From positions 1-60,508 of IMG/VR virus record IMGVR_UViG_3300030085_001554: a DNA stretch of 60,508 bases; one strand, 5' to 3'. Source of the DNA: a virus (Duplodnaviria > Caudoviricetes). The number at the start of each line of letters is the position of its first letter. Within the stretch, counting starts at the first letter, position 1. This document shows, in pieces, positions 1 through 8,741 of this stretch. The position numbers and the translations under genes are program-made. The notes under the pieces are model-generated. The model searched no databases. It saw only the letters and a program-made list of their open reading frames with translations, and was not told where the DNA came from.

Positions 1-1
1 G

Positions 2-247
2 CTGTCCGACAACCGTGTCAGAGTTCTGCTCGGTGTCAAGGACGGTCGCTACCAGCAGGTGTACACCAAGCACTTCGGTAGACTCAAGCCGTTCCGCAAG
101 GACCTGTTTATCAAGCAGTTGAATGATGACTATGGTGCGTTCAATGCTGAGTACAACTCTAGCCTCGAGCTTGAGAAGTATGTGCCCGGCTTGATTGCCC
201 CAGACCCTGAACCGGTAGCTGAGGCAGCAGTCGATAGCGACTGGTAA
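2..247 (+). CDS. 5'-truncated replication-module protein, possibly ssDNA-binding protein
   Basis: The frame is open from base 2 (LSDNRVRVLLGVKDGRYQQVYTKHFG...). It ends in an acidic tail (EPVAEAAVDSDW), as SSBs often do, and lies just upstream of the primase. Confidence 0.4.
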   Translation: MSDNRVRVLLGVKDGRYQQVYTKHFGRLKPFRKDLFIKQLNDDYGAFNAEYNSSLELEKYVPGLIAPDPEPVAEAAVDSDW

Positions 248-263
248 TTAGTTATGTGTTGAT

Positions 264-299
264 AGAGGAGGGGGCCTTAGTGCCCCCTTCTTTATTTTT
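264..299 (+). terminator. Intrinsic terminator-like hairpin
   Basis: AGAGGAGGGGGC-CTTAGT-GCCCCCTTCT stem followed by TTATTTTT, just after the stop at 247. Confidence 0.6.
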
Positions 300-300
300 A
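293..300 (+). promoter_or_regulatory. Possible Bacteroidetes-type -7 box variant (TATTTTTA) 6 nt before the primase ATG
   Basis: Matches TAnnTTT(G/A) with spacing similar to boxes before the scaffold and portal ATGs. It overlaps the terminator T-tract, so it is ambiguous. Confidence 0.3.
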
Positions 301-306
301 CCGGTC

Positions 307-1332
307 ATGATTAAGCATCGCAACAGTGAAGACCATCTACACAGCGAAGTAATACTCAACAAGATCTCCGAGTATGACATCTTCAGACACTACTGTCCTA
401 ACTTCAAGCAGACTGGGGTCAAGTTCTGCAGTGACTTGCGTGAAGACAAGAAGCCTGGTGTCAGTATCGTTGATTGGAAAGGCACTCTGCTGTACAAGGA
501 TTTTGCTTTCGAGGAACATACCTTCAATTGCTTTGGGTATGTGATGCACAAGTACAATCTAGAGTTTGTAGGTGCTCTTCAACTTATATCTCGTGACTTT
601 GGTTTGGGACTCTCTTCCACAGATATAGCCCCTACTGCTAAGAAGTATGTATACCAGAGGACCCCGCTGAAACGTTCCGTAATCCGCATCAAATCAAGAC
701 ATTGGTCTAGTGCAGATGCAGATTATTGGAAGAAGTTTTGCATTCCAAAGAGTTTATTGGTTAGATTTGACGTCCACCCGATAGAATATTTTTGGATTAA
801 TGAGACACGTTTTCACCCGCATAGTATCAGTTACGCTTTCCGCTTTAACAGCGGTTATAAGATTTATAGTCCGCATGAAGAAGAAAATAAATGGTACTCT
901 AACGTCGGTAAAAATGTGGTTCAAGGGTATTCTCAATTGGCTCGCACCGGCAAGATTGTATTTCTCACAAGTTCCCTCAAGGATGTCATGTGTTTGGAAG
1001 TGCTTGGCTACTCCGCCATCGCTTTACAATCCGAAATGCAAATGCCCAGCGAAACGCTCATCCAGGAAATCAAAGAGAGGTTCGAAGAAGTAATCGTCCT
1101 GTACGATAACGACTTTGATTCAGATCAGAATCCTGGACAAACTATGGCCAATAAGATATGCCAACAGTTTGGACTTGCTAACGTATGTATTCCCAGTGTA
1201 TATTGTAGCAAGGACGTATCTGATTTGATTAAGGACCACGGCTTACAAGTAGCAACACAACTAATCAATGAAGAGATATGTCAGACAAACAACAGCAGAT
1301 CGACGCAATCCTACACCGATGTGCCCTTCTGA
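307..1332 (+). CDS. DNA primase (DnaG-like, TOPRIM), crAss-type
   Basis: N-terminal FCSDLREDKKPG..YKDF..FNCF region, TOPRIM motifs TSSLKDVMCL and VLYDND, and KDVSD. I chose ATG 307 over TTG 256, whose extension runs through the terminator. Confidence 0.85.
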   Translation: MIKHRNSEDHLHSEVILNKISEYDIFRHYCPNFKQTGVKFCSDLREDKKPGVSIVDWKGTLLYKDFAFEEHTFNCFGYVMHKYNLEFVGALQLISRDFGLGLSSTDIAPTAKKYVYQRTPLKRSVIRIKSRHWSSADADYWKKFCIPKSLLVRFDVHPIEYFWINETRFHPHSISYAFRFNSGYKIYSPHEEENKWYSNVGKNVVQGYSQLARTGKIVFLTSSLKDVMCLEVLGYSAIALQSEMQMPSETLIQEIKERFEEVIVLYDNDFDSDQNPGQTMANKICQQFGLANVCIPSVYCSKDVSDLIKDHGLQVATQLINEEICQTNNSRSTQSYTDVPF

Positions 1333-1505
1333 TGGCTAACCTAGGAACCAAGACACCATTAGATGTAGGAACGAGAGAAAAGGCAAAACAACAGGAACGA
1401 GAGTGGCTTCAAGAAATAAAAGACATAGATCCAGAACAGTACAAAATGCTGGTACCAGATCCACAAGAGTACGAAACGCAAGAAAAAAGCAAGTCGACGG
1501 AATAA
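1278..1505 (+). CDS. Hypothetical helical protein (75 aa)
   Basis: ATG start and protein-like composition, but it overlaps both neighbours. Confidence 0.5.
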   Translation: MSDKQQQIDAILHRCALLMANLGTKTPLDVGTREKAKQQEREWLQEIKDIDPEQYKMLVPDPQEYETQEKSKSTE

Positions 1506-1897
1506 ATTTCCGCAGCTTACTCGAAGCGTTTTGTTATCAGAAGCTCAAAGAGAACGGCATTCAGTCTGAGTATGAGACCAAGAAGTACGTTTTGTTTGAG
1601 GGTATTCACTATGAGAATAGTAGATACGAGGACAACGGCAAGACTGGTTACAAGGACAAGAAGACTCACAAGGTCCGCGACATCACGTATACTCCTGACT
1701 TCATAGACCCCAAGGGTAAATGGATTATAGAGTGTAAGGGATATGCGAACGAGAGGTTTCCCTTGAAATGGAAGATGTTTATGAAGCTGCTAAACGAACA
1801 GGGTGACCCACCTGTCCTGTTTGTACCACGGAACCAGAAGCAAGTTCTGGAGACGGTAAGTAAGATCATAGAAATGACGGCCCCCACAGTTTTGTGA
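1403..1897 (+). CDS. PD-(D/E)xK endonuclease (T7 endonuclease I / DUF1064-like)
   Basis: Motifs DGINFRSLLEA, YTPDF and IIECKG. The start is uncertain. Confidence 0.8.
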   Translation: MASRNKRHRSRTVQNAGTRSTRVRNARKKQVDGINFRSLLEAFCYQKLKENGIQSEYETKKYVLFEGIHYENSRYEDNGKTGYKDKKTHKVRDITYTPDFIDPKGKWIIECKGYANERFPLKWKMFMKLLNEQGDPPVLFVPRNQKQVLETVSKIIEMTAPTVL

Positions 1898-1912
1898 GGG
1901 TCGTTTTTATTT
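1876..1912 (+). terminator. Intrinsic terminator
   Basis: ACGGCCC-C-CACA/TGTG-A-GGGTCGT stem followed by TTTTATTT, spanning the endonuclease stop. Confidence 0.55.
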
Positions 1913-1920
1913 ACAGCAAC

Positions 1921-2280
1921 ATGAGAGAATTTAAATTAAGAAAAGGGGTAGACCCCCCGAAGCCCGGTGAACTAATCGGGGTAGCGTATGGAGGGGCCGG
2001 AAGTATCTGGCCCTCTGTATTTATAGGAGCCAGACATACTGGTGACCACTTTGTTGTGACACACTTTGTGATTGGGTGGGGGCATAGAAAGATGCCCACT
2101 GACCTTACGATGCAGTGGCTACGCAAGAACTCTGACCGTATTTACGGAGAGCGTGTAGTCGACAGGATCATTCACGCAGACACGAAGTGTTTAACTGCAG
2201 AAGAAACAAAACAGTACAATGCAATTAAATCAGTTATAGAACATGAGTATCAAGACCATTGGGCAGTCCACCCAATCTAA
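1921..2280 (+). CDS. Hypothetical protein (119 aa)
   Basis: ATG at 1921 follows the terminator and the ORF fills the gap before rIIA. No motif recognised. Confidence 0.6.
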   Translation: MREFKLRKGVDPPKPGELIGVAYGGAGSIWPSVFIGARHTGDHFVVTHFVIGWGHRKMPTDLTMQWLRKNSDRIYGERVVDRIIHADTKCLTAEETKQYNAIKSVIEHEYQDHWAVHPI

Positions 2281-4993
2281 CACACGTGGTCTGGAGAAGA
2301 TAATCAACAAGGGTGCAGAGCGCCTGGTTATTGATGTCCTCCAGTCAACGCAGTATTCTACCCCAATCCCTTCTACTATCCGCGAGCTGGTGACTAACGC
2401 CTGCGATTCACAACGTGAGAAGGAGATTGCGATAGAGATACTGACAGGTAAAGCAGAGGCATCGGAGTACTTCATCACCCGCGAAGGAGCTGAGTACGAA
2501 GATTCAAACTTCGATCCTAGCTATTACAACCTTGAGCACCTTGACATGGACCAGAACAGAGTCAAGGTACTTTACATTGAGAACGACGAAGGCACAGGAT
2601 ATTGCGACACAGTAGAGATTATTGATTATGGCGTAGGTATCGGTGGACGTAGACTCGAAGGCATGCTCGAGCTTGGCTATTCCACAAAGCGTAACACCGC
2701 AGAGAACTTCGGTGCATTCGGTTTGGGTAGCAAGATCGCTCTGTCTACGGGTGTTTCGCACTACACCATCGAGACCGTATACAATGGGAAGCTCTTCAAG
2801 ATGCATTGCTACCCCTACAAGACTGACTTTGCAATCAGCAAGTGGGATGCAGACGGAGAGATTATTCTAAGCAATGGAGATCCGGCGTACTACAAGGCAA
2901 CAACGCATAAGAACTACACTAAGATTTCGTTTGGGTCGAAGAAGCACAATCGTAGAGCATTCAACAATGCTGTGCGTGACCAGCTTTCCTACATCCACAA
3001 CGTAGATTTCTTTACGCAGTATGCAAGCGGGGGAATGTTCCCCGAGCATATCTCTAAGAACATACTTATCAACACACCCACGTGTATCGTATCAGAAGGT
3101 AGCAGCTGGTACACCAAGCCACACATTGTGATTGTCAAGAACCCTGGTGATTCCATCGGTATCAACTATGGTAGTATTGACTTCCGTGAGATGGAGATGG
3201 AGGACCTGCATGGTAACATCGGCATCAAGTGTCCGATGCGGCAGGCCTACATTGACGATGACGGCAACGAAGTTGTGGTACGTGAAGGTGTGGAGGTTAC
3301 CCCATCACGTGAGAAGGTAATCTACAACGATAAGACAAAGGAGTATCTGCAAAAGATGTTGCAATGTGCCGCCGATGAGGCAAGCGAATTGATTGAAGAA
3401 GCGCTGAAAGAAGAAGACTTTTTGAAATGGATTGAATTATGCTCTAATGTTCTGTACAAAAACTCTAGTTCAGAAGAAGTCAGTAACGATCTGATGGGTC
3501 TGAACCAGATTGCTCGTATGGTCGATACGTCTACGATTCGACCGATGTTCAAATCCTCTGGCATTCGATACGCTAACCCTAAAAAGATGTTGCCTGGGTA
3601 CCGTGTCAGAGTGATAACGAAGAACTACAATACGATCAACCGTGCAGAACTAGACAACTGGTCATCAGGTAACCTATCTCGTATCTATTATGCAGAGGAC
3701 GGAGGGGCTACCAAGATGAAGGATCTATACCTGACTGGAGAAGGTGGTGGATTCGTACTTATTACCCCAATCGACAAGGACTTCCTTGCGGATGAGATCT
3801 TTAGAGAGACTCGTCCCGAGCAGAAGGCAAAGTTGATTGCGGCTAAGACGAAGCACGACAACCTCAAGCAGGTCATAGCCCAACTCTTGGACCAGCACTC
3901 CCCCTCTCTTCTTAGTTATGATGAGGTAGTAGTGCCTGATGACGTACAGTTGATGCTGTCTAAGATTGAGGAGAGAGAACAGACCAAGCAGTTGACTGCG
4001 GCAGAACTTCGCAAGCTGCAGCAGCGGACTGTTGGTTATTCTCTCCGTGTCAAGGGCAGAGATGAGACCATGTGGGTGTGGGACAAAGTTGAGCCAAAGA
4101 TCGAACAGGTCTTGAACTCGACTGTCCCCACCTTCTATGGTACATCAGAAGATAACGTCAAGCTGAAGCTTGCAGCAGAGATGCTCAAGAATCGACTGCC
4201 TAGGTGGACTGACAAGCACACTGCGATTCAAGGTGATTGGGAGTACAGCCCTGTGTTGTTTCACGAGGTTGTGCCCTCTAATGCTTGGAGCCCCAGCAAG
4301 TTTGAACCTGAGTATCACAGAGTAATCGACCAGGATTCTCCTCAGATTATCAGGTTCTCTCAGGCAAATGTCAAGTATGCAAAGCAGAATCCGCACTGGA
4401 AGCACATCGATGACTTCTTCTTCACTGTTGGTGAGGATGGGGGAATCGTAGCTAGCGAGTATCTCAAGCCTGTACTAACTGGTCTGCTCATTCGTAAGAG
4501 CAGGCAGCAAGTATGGTGGTGGCTGAAGGGCTACATAGCTAAAGATCTCCTGCGTCCAGCGTATGATTTGTATACGAAGATGGAGAGATACATGGAGACC
4601 ACTCGGTTCACGTTCAATCGCTGTTCGGAGACTGAAGAGTTTGTCAAGTATCTCACCAACTTCATTGAGTATCAGGATGTTTGTGACAGCGGTGACGTAT
4701 CTTTGAGAGAGCAAAAGTCCAGGGAGTTCTTTGTTGTAGATGTACCAAGCATCGACGCATACGACAGAGATATCGCTGGCACCTGTACTGTTTTGGATGA
4801 CCTATCAGATGTCATTGGTGACTGGATGTTGGGGTGTGCACCTCCATCAAATTCAGACAAGTACCATGAGATCTTCAAGGTTGTGCTTGACAGCTACAAC
4901 AAGTTTGATATCGATATTCCGGAGGTTGAGGTCCCCCGGATGAGATTTAGTTTCACGCCTCAAAAAACCGAAACAGATAATGGTGAACATTAA
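2243..4993 (+). CDS. rIIA: rIIA-like protein with N-terminal GHKL (HATPase_c) domain
   Basis: GHKL motifs RELVTNACDS, IIDYGVG, YSTK and GAFGLGSK, plus the rIIA-type VTPSRE. It is adjacent to an rIIB-like gene. Confidence 0.8.
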   Translation: MSIKTIGQSTQSNTRGLEKIINKGAERLVIDVLQSTQYSTPIPSTIRELVTNACDSQREKEIAIEILTGKAEASEYFITREGAEYEDSNFDPSYYNLEHLDMDQNRVKVLYIENDEGTGYCDTVEIIDYGVGIGGRRLEGMLELGYSTKRNTAENFGAFGLGSKIALSTGVSHYTIETVYNGKLFKMHCYPYKTDFAISKWDADGEIILSNGDPAYYKATTHKNYTKISFGSKKHNRRAFNNAVRDQLSYIHNVDFFTQYASGGMFPEHISKNILINTPTCIVSEGSSWYTKPHIVIVKNPGDSIGINYGSIDFREMEMEDLHGNIGIKCPMRQAYIDDDGNEVVVREGVEVTPSREKVIYNDKTKEYLQKMLQCAADEASELIEEALKEEDFLKWIELCSNVLYKNSSSEEVSNDLMGLNQIARMVDTSTIRPMFKSSGIRYANPKKMLPGYRVRVITKNYNTINRAELDNWSSGNLSRIYYAEDGGATKMKDLYLTGEGGGFVLITPIDKDFLADEIFRETRPEQKAKLIAAKTKHDNLKQVIAQLLDQHSPSLLSYDEVVVPDDVQLMLSKIEEREQTKQLTAAELRKLQQRTVGYSLRVKGRDETMWVWDKVEPKIEQVLNSTVPTFYGTSEDNVKLKLAAEMLKNRLPRWTDKHTAIQGDWEYSPVLFHEVVPSNAWSPSKFEPEYHRVIDQDSPQIIRFSQANVKYAKQNPHWKHIDDFFFTVGEDGGIVASEYLKPVLTGLLIRKSRQQVWWWLKGYIAKDLLRPAYDLYTKMERYMETTRFTFNRCSETEEFVKYLTNFIEYQDVCDSGDVSLREQKSREFFVVDVPSIDAYDRDIAGTCTVLDDLSDVIGDWMLGCAPPSNSDKYHEIFKVVLDSYNKFDIDIPEVEVPRMRFSFTPQKTETDNGEH

Positions 4994-6128
4994 TTTGGTG
5001 GGGGAGAACATCTCTATATCTATAGGGGAAGACTTCTTTGTCGTACCAAGTAATACTGCTACCATGACTGCCTTGAACGAGTACGCTGCTAAGGCGAACT
5101 TCGCCACGCTCAAGGAGGACTACGATGAGAACGTAGCCCAGATCATGGAGATAATAGCGGACAACGGTATCGACGCGAATCGTAAGATTCGTTCTAAGTG
5201 CAGCTACCTGGTTCAGGACCAGCTCACTAAAGAATACTTCTTGACCTATGAGAGCGAGAAGATCTCCGACATACCTATGCCCCAATCTCTTGTTGATAGA
5301 ATAATGGATTCGATTGACAAGAACATTGACTTCATGCCCATCGTGAAGTTGTGGACTAGGTTCCTGCGTAACCCTTACGTCAAGAAGAAAGGTGAGGACT
5401 TTGTGCGTCGCTTTGCAGACTTCGTTAACATGAAGTATGTGCACCCAGAGAACAAGCAGATCTTCATGGACAAGGGTATTGCAGAAGAGGTGGCAACTGA
5501 GTTGGCTACTGTGTATCAAATCAAAGTGACTAACGAGGGCCTACTCAATGGCTACAAGGTCAGTCGTGAGATTTTACACAAGTATGATGCTGAGAGTGGG
5601 GAAGAGATTCCTCGTTACACACGCACGTTCAATGTGGATACTGGTGAGATTGAGAGTGAGGGACTTCCCGAGTTTGTGGAGGACCGTCTCTTTGAACCCT
5701 CTGTCATGGGCCGAGGCGGTGATGCGTTCTACTGTGGTGACAACAAAGGTCACTTCATCAAGGTAGGACAGACTCACAGGCTTGAGTCCTGGGACCAAGT
5801 GGACACTAACGACAATCGTAGTTGTGTCCCTGGTCTTCACATCGGTGGTCTGTACTACATCGCGTGGTACAGCGGTGAGATTCACAATGTCTTTGTTGAC
5901 CCGATGCACATCGGTGCCATCCCCTGTTCGGAGGACGGTGCTATTCGGTGTCTGCAATACTTTGTGCACTCCAGTCTCGCTGGTGTGAACGGTAGTATGT
6001 ATCACTCCTCCAAGTATGCGGAGCTCACTGACCAGCAATGGGAAGAGATGCGCCGTGAAATACAGGAGGACAACATACGTGCTTCAGACAAACTCCAAGA
6101 GTCCGAAGAACTATTATCAGTGATGTAA
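4980..6128 (+). CDS. rIIB: rIIB-like protein
   Basis: Motifs FLRNP, VTNEGLLNGYK, VDTNDNRSCVPGLHIG, VFVDPMHI and IRCLQY. It overlaps the end of rIIA. Confidence 0.8.
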   Translation: MVNINLVGENISISIGEDFFVVPSNTATMTALNEYAAKANFATLKEDYDENVAQIMEIIADNGIDANRKIRSKCSYLVQDQLTKEYFLTYESEKISDIPMPQSLVDRIMDSIDKNIDFMPIVKLWTRFLRNPYVKKKGEDFVRRFADFVNMKYVHPENKQIFMDKGIAEEVATELATVYQIKVTNEGLLNGYKVSREILHKYDAESGEEIPRYTRTFNVDTGEIESEGLPEFVEDRLFEPSVMGRGGDAFYCGDNKGHFIKVGQTHRLESWDQVDTNDNRSCVPGLHIGGLYYIAWYSGEIHNVFVDPMHIGAIPCSEDGAIRCLQYFVHSSLAGVNGSMYHSSKYAELTDQQWEEMRREIQEDNIRASDKLQESEELLSVM

Positions 6129-6129
6129 C

Positions 6130-6903
6130 ATGAGTCAGCAAATTGAACGACTTCCTAAAGGAAAGGCCGTTTGTTTGATTGACGCAGACTCGTTACTGTA
6201 CTACGAGATGAACCGGGATACGTTGGAAGAGGCCATGGCAGGTCTCGACCAGCGTGTCCACGACATCTTGCACCAGTGCAATACTACTAAGTATGCGGGT
6301 TTTCTAACTCAAGGCAAGTGCTTTAGGTATGATGTGGATGTTGAATACAAAGCCAAGCGTAAGAAGTCTAACCGATCTGTGCTGTTCCCTTCTTTGAAGG
6401 AGTATGCACAGCAGAAGTGGGGCTTCACTTATGTGACTGAGCTAGAGGCTGACGATATCGTTAGCTACTATTCATACAACCACGAGGAGAATACTATTAT
6501 CTGTTCCCCGGACAAGGATGTACTCAAACAATGTATTGGGATGCATTACAACTACGGGAAAGCGGAGTTCACACACACGTCCCCTGACGAAGCTCTTAAG
6601 TTTCTGTGGGTTCAGTGTTTGATGGGCGACAGTACAGATAACATCGTAGGTATTCCAGGTGTAGGGATAAAGACTGCCGAGAACTGGTTGAAAGACAGAA
6701 CCAAAGACTTCGAATCTTTTGCCATACGTAAGTATGTCGAGAAGTTCGGTATGGTCGAAGGTATTACTGAGTTCTTCAAGAACTTCAACCTAGTCTATCT
6801 GCTCAAGACGGATGAAGACTTGGCCCGTTATGGGCTGAGGCTTCCCCCCTTGCAGTGCATAGACATCTCTCAGGATGAGTTAGATATATGGAAAGATGAC
6901 TGA
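6130..6903 (+). CDS. 5'-3' exonuclease / flap endonuclease (T7 gp6-like)
   Basis: Motifs LIDADS, YKAKR, LEADD, SPDKD and GDSTDNIVGIPGVG (H3TH). Confidence 0.9.
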   Translation: MSQQIERLPKGKAVCLIDADSLLYYEMNRDTLEEAMAGLDQRVHDILHQCNTTKYAGFLTQGKCFRYDVDVEYKAKRKKSNRSVLFPSLKEYAQQKWGFTYVTELEADDIVSYYSYNHEENTIICSPDKDVLKQCIGMHYNYGKAEFTHTSPDEALKFLWVQCLMGDSTDNIVGIPGVGIKTAENWLKDRTKDFESFAIRKYVEKFGMVEGITEFFKNFNLVYLLKTDEDLARYGLRLPPLQCIDISQDELDIWKDD

Positions 6904-7642
6904 TGCCAAAGGTCTTAGCTTGACGCCCGTTGATGGGCGTACGGTGAGGCTGCATAAGCCTACAGAGTATCGAGAAGAAGTCAAAGGTTCAGACATAATA
7001 CGTCTGTACCAAGACAACGGCCCCCTTGAGATCAAGGTGGGCACATCGATAACGTATGGGAAAACAAAGCACAAAGTGAACGTTATCAAGAGAGGTATGA
7101 ATAGTGACAAGATTGTTTGTTACGACCTCAAGAACTCTCTCTTGACTAGCTCTAGCATCTTTGCGCTCCCCTTTCTAGGGGCTAACAAGAAGTACATGTT
7201 GTGGGACTCGCTCTTTGTGAATGCGTTTATCTCAACAGAAGAATACGACGAGTGCATCGCACTGCTGTATCGGTTCTCTGGAGAGACGTTGTTTACGAAG
7301 TTCGAAGCCGCAATGTGTGCTATGCCTAATTTTATCAAATTTGAAGACGTGGACAAGTACCATGTCCTTTTCATCTTTGATGTCCCAGACTCTGCAAAGA
7401 ACTCTTACCAACGTTTTAGGAACGGAGAATACTCGCAAATTGATGACATATGGAAGCTCATGATACTTGACTATCATGGCTTCGATAGCAACGGAAAGAC
7501 AGGTCAAATACTGTACAAGAACCCCGAACTAAAGAAGAGCATGGAGAAGCGACTCTTCATTGAGCTTCCGGACGGGGCAGAGCTACACGATATACCTGAC
7601 ATGAAGTACGAGAAGTTTAACAAAGAATATTATCAGATATAA
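6896..7642 (+). CDS. Hypothetical protein (248 aa)
   Basis: Long ORF coupled to both neighbours. The FVNAF..LLY..FDVP..F.NGEYS pattern recalls a conserved crAss-like hypothetical protein. Confidence 0.65.
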   Translation: MTDAKGLSLTPVDGRTVRLHKPTEYREEVKGSDIIRLYQDNGPLEIKVGTSITYGKTKHKVNVIKRGMNSDKIVCYDLKNSLLTSSSIFALPFLGANKKYMLWDSLFVNAFISTEEYDECIALLYRFSGETLFTKFEAAMCAMPNFIKFEDVDKYHVLFIFDVPDSAKNSYQRFRNGEYSQIDDIWKLMILDYHGFDSNGKTGQILYKNPELKKSMEKRLFIELPDGAELHDIPDMKYEKFNKEYYQI

Positions 7643-8355
7643 TGCATCCACTATTCGAAGGTGTGGACTACGGGTGGCCTGAACTAGAGTCACTCGTAGA
7701 CAGTTCACAGTTCGACTTCACCGTGGAGGAGATAAAGTCTAAAGGCAAGAAGATATATCCTAAGCGTCAGGATCTCTTCAAAGCCTTTAGACTCTGTCCC
7801 CTAAACGAAGTGCAAGTCGTTATACTCGGACAAGATCCGTATCACAATGGACAAGCTACTGGTCTAGCTTTTGGGGTGGCACACAAGCCTATCCCACCAT
7901 CCTTACGTATCATACACAAAGAGCTGTGTGCACAGTTCGACCACAACCAGTCACTCGATGACTTCGACCACACGCTTGAGCATTGGGCTAAGCAAGGTGT
8001 TCTTCTACTCAACACGTGTCTCACTGTTGAAGAAAAGAATCCTGGTGCCCATGCTGGTATGTGGGATTGGTTTGTGATACAGGTACTAAAGATGGTCCAA
8101 GAGAAACGGAGACATACTATATTTGTCCTCTGGGGTAAGCACGCTCAGAAGTTCTCGAAGCATATCCAAGTTGCTGTAGTGCAGTCTGCTCATCCTGCAG
8201 CAGAAGCATACAGCGGCGGAAATGGTGGCTTCCATGGGAATGGTCACTTCTTCAATATCAATGATCGTATTGAGAAGCCCATTAACTGGTTCGAACTTCC
8301 CACGCCCATTACCGAAGAAGAACAAATAAAAATGTATGACAATGGCTGGGACTGA
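7642..8355 (+). CDS. ung: Uracil-DNA glycosylase, family 1
   Basis: Motifs VILGQDPYH, ATGLAF, PPSL, WAKQGVLLLN, VLWG and SAHP. Confidence 0.95.
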   Translation: MHPLFEGVDYGWPELESLVDSSQFDFTVEEIKSKGKKIYPKRQDLFKAFRLCPLNEVQVVILGQDPYHNGQATGLAFGVAHKPIPPSLRIIHKELCAQFDHNQSLDDFDHTLEHWAKQGVLLLNTCLTVEEKNPGAHAGMWDWFVIQVLKMVQEKRRHTIFVLWGKHAQKFSKHIQVAVVQSAHPAAEAYSGGNGGFHGNGHFFNINDRIEKPINWFELPTPITEEEQIKMYDNGWD

Positions 8356-8683
8356 CAAACTAAGGTTTTGGGAACATGAATACTCAACAACAACTCTTGA
8401 CGTGAAGGAAGCAGAAGGCGCAATCAAAGAAGCACACGATGTACTGGACAAGCTGAAAGATCTTCTTGCTAAGAAGAACAAAGCTTACGGTAACAGTGCG
8501 CTTTCTGATGTCAACCTCTTCTGTAACCTATCCTCAATCCAATTGCTAGAGGGACAGATAGAGCACAAGTTGAGAAGGCTCAAGAACTTAGGCGTTGATG
8601 GTGATACGGAAGATACTCTCATGGATCTCATGGGGTATCTAACACTGTTCATGGTCGCCGTACAACGTGAGAGGTCTAAATGA
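8336..8683 (+). CDS. DUF1599 / nucleotide-modification-associated domain 1 (Nmad1)-like protein
   Basis: Motifs LAKKNKAYGNSA, HKLRRL and EDTLMDLMGY. Confidence 0.7.
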   Translation: MTMAGTDKLRFWEHEYSTTTLDVKEAEGAIKEAHDVLDKLKDLLAKKNKAYGNSALSDVNLFCNLSSIQLLEGQIEHKLRRLKNLGVDGDTEDTLMDLMGYLTLFMVAVQRERSK

Positions 8684-8723
8684 AAAAGGGGGAGCAGATT
8701 AATTTCTGTTCCCCCCTTTTTTT
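8683..8723. terminator. Bidirectional intrinsic terminator at the convergence of the two modules
   Basis: AAAAAGGGGGAGCAGA-TTAATT-TCTGTTCCCCCCTTTTTTT, with A and T tracts on both flanks, between convergent stops. Confidence 0.85.
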
Positions 8724-8741
8724 ACTTGCACGGCATGGTTC

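Noticed and set aside
256-306. TTG-started extension of the primase
   Set aside because: It runs through the terminator hairpin. ATG 307 is more plausible.
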